Shown here: positions 60,113 through 64,000 of the stretch, in pieces | Numbering within the stretch: the first letter of the stretch is position 1 | How the letters are laid out: each line of letters begins with the position of its first letter | DNA from: Akkermansia sp. | GTDB taxonomy: Bacteria; Verrucomicrobiota; Verrucomicrobiia; Verrucomicrobiales; Akkermansiaceae | Reading direction: 5' to 3' | Assembly: GCA_017435365.1 (NCBI GenBank) | Contig: JAFSFD010000024.1 | Coordinates: forward strand, 61,282 to 125,281 | DNA length: 64,000 nt | Position numbers and translations under genes: made by a program | Notes under the pieces: model-generated | Seen by the model: the letters and a program-made list of their open reading frames with translations, nothing else | Told to the model about the DNA's origin: nothing | Database searches by the model: none

Positions 60113-60805
60113 ATGAGAACAGACGCACTTTTGAGCCGATTCGGATATTGCAGCAGACGCGAAGTGGCGCAGTGGCTGAAACGCGGCCGCGTGACGCGCG
60201 GGGGCTTGCCTGTAAAGTCCCCCAATGAAAAAGTGGAACCGGACGAGGTGCTTATCGATGGGGAGCCGGTGGAGTTTCCTCATGGCTTGTATGTGGCGCT
60301 GAATAAACCACTTGGCTGCACATGCAGCCACAAGGAAGAAGGAGAATTGGTGTATGACCTCCTGCCGCCGCAGTGGTTGCGCCGGAATCCGGCGGTGAAC
60401 ACCGTGGGCCGCCTGGATAAGGAGACAAGTGGGCTTTTGTTACTTACTGATGATGGCGCATTCGAACACGCCCAGACCAGCCCGAAACGCCACGTGCCGA
60501 AGGTGTATGCCTTCACCACTGCCGCCCCGGTGCCACAGGAAACCGTAGAATTGTTTGCCAGTGGGGAATTTATGTTGCAAGGGGAACGTACGCCATGCCT
60601 GCCTGCCGAACTGGTACTGACCGGTGAATGCTCCGGGCGCCTCACCCTGCACGAAGGACGCTACCACCAGGTGCGCCGCATGCTCGCAGCCGCAGGAGCG
60701 CCGGTGGAGACGCTGGAGCGCATAGAAATAGGTCCGTTGAAGCTGGCAGAGCTCGGGCTGGAGCCCGGCGAGTGGGTGGAGATTGACCCCGCCATCTTTT
60801 CCTGA
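60113..60805 (+). CDS. RsuA/RluB-family pseudouridine synthase (S4 domain + catalytic domain)
   Basis: MRTDALLSRFGYCSRREV (S4) and the catalytic GRLDKETSGLLLLTDDG. The track start at 60092 is GTG, so I prefer the ATG at 60113. Confidence 0.85.
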   Translation: MRTDALLSRFGYCSRREVAQWLKRGRVTRGGLPVKSPNEKVEPDEVLIDGEPVEFPHGLYVALNKPLGCTCSHKEEGELVYDLLPPQWLRRNPAVNTVGRLDKETSGLLLLTDDGAFEHAQTSPKRHVPKVYAFTTAAPVPQETVELFASGEFMLQGERTPCLPAELVLTGECSGRLTLHEGRYHQVRRMLAAAGAPVETLERIEIGPLKLAELGLEPGEWVEIDPAIFS

Positions 60806-61554
60806 TGATGAGCTACGATATGCCCATCGCCGTGTGCCCTGAGTTCCGCGTTCTCTACGAGGACGACGGGGTTCTGGTGGTGGATAAAGCGGCTCCCTTG
60901 CTCACGCACCCCACAGGTGAGAAGAATGAGCCCACACTATGGCACGGGCTTCATGAGTTGCTGGCATATGAAGTAGCCACCGGCGGACAGGTCTCGCTCA
61001 TCAACCGTCTGGATCGGGAGACCAGTGGTATCACCCTGGTGGCAAAGACGGCAGAGGCGGCCCGGGAACTGGGCAAGGCCATGCAGGCCCGCTTGCTGCA
61101 CAAGGAATATTTTGCCGTGGTGCAGGGGAGCCCCTTGTGGAACTCGGCCTGCTGTGCCGAACCGATTCTGCGCATGGAAGAAGTGGCGGAAACCCGCGTT
61201 CATGTGCGCCAATGCTGCCACCCTGCCGGGAAGTCCTGCCGCACCTGTTTCGAGGTAATCATCCGCCATGGCCATAGGGCGCTGCTGCGCTGTCGGCCCC
61301 ACACCGGGCGCATGCATCAGATCCGCGTCCATGCTGCCTATATGGGGTACCCCCTCATCGGTGATAAGATATACGGTGGAGATGAATCCTGCTACCTCGA
61401 TTTCATAGCCACCGGCTGGACCTCAGATTTAGCGCGGCGCCTCATACTGCCGCGCCACGCGCTGCACGCCTGCCGCCTTTCCTTCCCCTGGCAGGGGCGC
61501 ACCATCACCGTCGAGAGCCCTCTTCCGCAGGATATGGCAGCTTTATTGCCGTAG
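60805..61554 (+). CDS. RluA-family pseudouridine synthase (no S4 domain)
   Basis: NRLDRETSGITLVAK and GRMHQIRVH motifs. The start overlaps the previous stop. Confidence 0.85.
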   Translation: MMSYDMPIAVCPEFRVLYEDDGVLVVDKAAPLLTHPTGEKNEPTLWHGLHELLAYEVATGGQVSLINRLDRETSGITLVAKTAEAARELGKAMQARLLHKEYFAVVQGSPLWNSACCAEPILRMEEVAETRVHVRQCCHPAGKSCRTCFEVIIRHGHRALLRCRPHTGRMHQIRVHAAYMGYPLIGDKIYGGDESCYLDFIATGWTSDLARRLILPRHALHACRLSFPWQGRTITVESPLPQDMAALLP

Positions 61555-61590
61555 CAGTTTGTCATTTCTTCTTGAAATAAAGAGCGAAGC

Positions 61591-63342
61591 ATGGTACTGT
61601 TCAGAAATAACACCATGCGACCTGTCATTTACCAATTGTTCGTGCGCCATTTTTCGAATTTTACCACAGGAGGAACTCCCTGGGGGGATAAGGAAACAAA
61701 TGGCTGCGGCTCCTTTAATGGAGTGACAGATACCGCGCTGGAACAGATTGCCCGCATGGGGGTGACCCACGTGTGGTTCACCGGTGTGCTGAGGCACGCA
61801 ACACAGACTGCGTACGAGGGGCTTCCGGCAGACCCGCCCTGCATCGTGAAAGGCAAGGCCGGCAGCCCGTATGCCGTGACAGATTATTTCGATGTAGACC
61901 CCGATTTAGCAGAGAACCCGGAGAAACGCCTGGATGAATTTGCAGCTCTGCTGGTGCGCTGCCGCCGCTGGGGCATGATTCCCCTCATCGACTTTGTGCC
62001 GAATCACGTCTCGCGGAATTACCATTCGACGGTACGCCCTGAGCATAGTTTCGGGGCGCATGATGATAGGCGATGCTTCTTTTCCCGGGACAACGCGTTT
62101 TATTACCTGGAACCGCATGGTACAGATACCCCGATGCAACTGCCCGGGGGAGAGTTCCTGCCGGAACGGGGGCAGGGGCGTGTAACCGGTAACAACGTGG
62201 CCAGCTGGACTCCCGGCGCGTACGATTGGTATGAAACAGCCAAGCTGAACTACGGAACAGATTACCGCCACGGCAACCACGCTGCCGCCATGCTGCCGAG
62301 CCTGCTGGCGCCGGAGTACGCTTTACCCCGCACCTGGCAGCTCATGAATGAAGTGCTTGCCTACTGGCAGGATATGGGTGTGGGTGGATTCCGTTGCGAT
62401 ATGGCCCACATGGTGCCTCTGCCATTCTGGCGCTGGATTATTGCGCACGCCCGCCTGCGCGACCGAGCTGCCTTTTTCATAGCCGAGGGATATGATGACC
62501 ACATGAAGCTGGTGGAAGGCCCGGTACATGAGGCTCTGCTTTCTGTAGGGTTTGACGGAGTGTACGATAGTGGCGCCTATGATTCACTGCGCAAGGTGTA
62601 CGAGAGCGGCGCATCTGTTCACCTGCTCGATAAGTATCACGCACCAGGTTCACCATTGTTCCGCGGCGGCGTGCGGTATATCGAGAATCATGATGAACCG
62701 CGCATTGCCTCCCCCTTGTACTGGGGTGGCGCAGGCTCCATTGTCTGCCCGGCGGTTATGGTGGCTCAGTATGCCACCACGGCAGGCCCGGTTCTGGTAT
62801 ACAATGGGCAGGAGACAGCAGAATGCGCAGATGGCCCCGGCGGCTACGGTGGAGACAACGGCCGCACCAGCATCTTCGATTACACAAATCTGCCACACTT
62901 CCTCCATTGGACTAACGGGGGAAGGTATGACGGCGCCTTGCTGACGCCGGAAGAAAAGGAGCTCCGCCGTTTCACCTCGCACCTGCTCACCCTTCTGCAG
63001 CATCCAGCGCTTTCCAAAGGCGATTTTTACGGATTGAACTGGGCGAACATGCAGACCCCCGGGTTCAGAAACGGGGTATATGCCTTCCTCCGCCATTATC
63101 GCAAGACAAAATCCACGCTCCTCGTGGTTTGCAACCTCAGCGCGGAAAAGGCCATGGAAACCCGCATCCATATTCCTCAGAACGCTATGGACTGGGCCGC
63201 CATGAAACCGGGCTCCTATTGTTTTGTACCTCTGCTGGAAACGGCTTCAGCCATAGTCGGAATTGATTCAGAAGAAGTGCAGACAGCCGGAGTGCCCGTG
63301 AGCCTGCCACCCGGTCGCGCTCATATTTTTGAATGGTGCTGA
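61591..63342 (+). CDS. GH13 alpha-amylase-family protein
   Basis: DFVPNHVS, GGFRCDMAHMVP (nucleophile Asp), FFIAEGYD and YIENHDEPR regions. The start could alternatively be 61615. Confidence 0.85.
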   Translation: MVLFRNNTMRPVIYQLFVRHFSNFTTGGTPWGDKETNGCGSFNGVTDTALEQIARMGVTHVWFTGVLRHATQTAYEGLPADPPCIVKGKAGSPYAVTDYFDVDPDLAENPEKRLDEFAALLVRCRRWGMIPLIDFVPNHVSRNYHSTVRPEHSFGAHDDRRCFFSRDNAFYYLEPHGTDTPMQLPGGEFLPERGQGRVTGNNVASWTPGAYDWYETAKLNYGTDYRHGNHAAAMLPSLLAPEYALPRTWQLMNEVLAYWQDMGVGGFRCDMAHMVPLPFWRWIIAHARLRDRAAFFIAEGYDDHMKLVEGPVHEALLSVGFDGVYDSGAYDSLRKVYESGASVHLLDKYHAPGSPLFRGGVRYIENHDEPRIASPLYWGGAGSIVCPAVMVAQYATTAGPVLVYNGQETAECADGPGGYGGDNGRTSIFDYTNLPHFLHWTNGGRYDGALLTPEEKELRRFTSHLLTLLQHPALSKGDFYGLNWANMQTPGFRNGVYAFLRHYRKTKSTLLVVCNLSAEKAMETRIHIPQNAMDWAAMKPGSYCFVPLLETASAIVGIDSEEVQTAGVPVSLPPGRAHIFEWC

Positions 63343-63411
63343 GCAAATCCTGTTAGCAGCAGGCCTTTTGTGCTTGCTACGGGGGGTAAATTATGGCAGA
63401 ATGGGTGGACA

Positions 63412-64000
63412 ATGTACGGGCATGTCATTATAACAGGTGCTTCTTCAGGCTTTGGTATGGCGTTTGCGCGTCGGCTGGTGGGCGAGTGTGCGCATATGGT
63501 GCTGGTGGCTCGCCGCAAAGAGGTGCTTATGGAACTTTCGGATGAACTCCGCTCAGCCAATCCTTCGCTCAAAGTAACGGTGCTGGCACATGATCTTGCT
63601 ACTGAGACCGGGCGGGCTCGTGTGATTCAGCACCTGGACGAATTGCCCGCCGGTAAGACTCTGCTTATCAACAATGCCGGCCTCGGTGACTATGGTGAAT
63701 ACCAGAGCAGTGCTCCTGAGCGCAATCACCAGATGCTGCATGTGAATGTGCTGGCCGTGGCAGAACTCACCCGTGCGCTGTTGCCGCGCATGGTGGAACA
63801 GGGCGGCGGTATCATCAATATTGCATCCCTGGCCGCCGATTTGTTCATACCCGACTTTGCCATTTACGCAGCTTCCAAAGCCTTCGTTGCTTCTTTCTCC
63901 GAGGCAATCCGTCTTGAAGTCCGCAAGGCCGGGGTGCCTGTCGTGGCTGTCTGCCCCGGCCCGGTGCATACCGGGTTCGGAGATGTGGCCCGCCGCTCCG
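63412..64000 (+). CDS. SDR-family oxidoreductase (N-terminal ~196 aa; runs off right edge)
   Basis: Own translation: MYGHVIITGASSGFGMAFARRL... (TGxxxGxG), NNAG, and the catalytic-type YAASK. Open at the window end, so absent from the track. Confidence 0.85.
   Translation, partial: MYGHVIITGASSGFGMAFARRLVGECAHMVLVARRKEVLMELSDELRSANPSLKVTVLAHDLATETGRARVIQHLDELPAGKTLLINNAGLGDYGEYQSSAPERNHQMLHVNVLAVAELTRALLPRMVEQGGGIINIASLAADLFIPDFAIYAASKAFVASFSEAIRLEVRKAGVPVVAVCPGPVHTGFGDVARRS

Noticed and set aside
1-64000. CRISPR arrays, rRNA and tRNA genes, riboswitches
   Set aside because: I scanned all intergenic gaps longer than 100 bp (23356-23928, 26053-26451, 33010-33457, 35087-35401, 38161-38472, 45800-46171, 58422-58596 and others). 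I found no regularly spaced direct repeats, no tRNA cloverleaf signatures and no recognisable TPP, M-box or cobalamin riboswitch cores. Absence is by eye only.

Overview
64 kb of a GC-rich bacterial chromosome, mostly dense, co-directional housekeeping genes. By gene content it looks Verrucomicrobiota/Akkermansia-like: a chlamydial-type Pmp autotransporter, many exported ankyrin/Sel1/TPR proteins and a beta-helix glycosidase. That taxon call is inference only. Confident core genes are cysS, recJ, a sufT-like gene, dprA, nadC, glgB, corA, argB, nadK, queA, gltX, dnaA, thiL, panC, two pseudouridine synthases and GH13 enzymes. I found no rRNA, tRNA or CRISPR array. Six things stand out. (1) A seven-gene minus-strand unit (55653 to 46123) runs from a near-consensus promoter to an intrinsic terminator. 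Its first three genes are an FHA / split zinc-ribbon / P-loop GTPase and two very large uncharacterised membrane-anchored proteins; the first of these has a GAP1-like N-terminus. This is my best candidate for a novel system. (2) A visibly AT-rich integrase / Abi-like / membrane-protein islet (23.9-27.3 kb) contains a relic of a second integrase. (3) A 394-bp long-hairpin MITE-like element lies next to the integrase. It is related to a ~125-bp palindromic repeat family whose inverted copies bracket corA-argB-nadK. (4) A recurring promoter layout, TTGnnn-16/18-TAnnnT placed 6-8 nt before the ATG, implies widespread leaderless mRNAs. (5) The Pmp autotransporter gene carries near-identical intragenic repeats. 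(6) There are tandem exported VanX-like dipeptidases and a palindromic operator at an Rrf2 promoter. All family assignments rest on motifs read from the translations; no searches were run.
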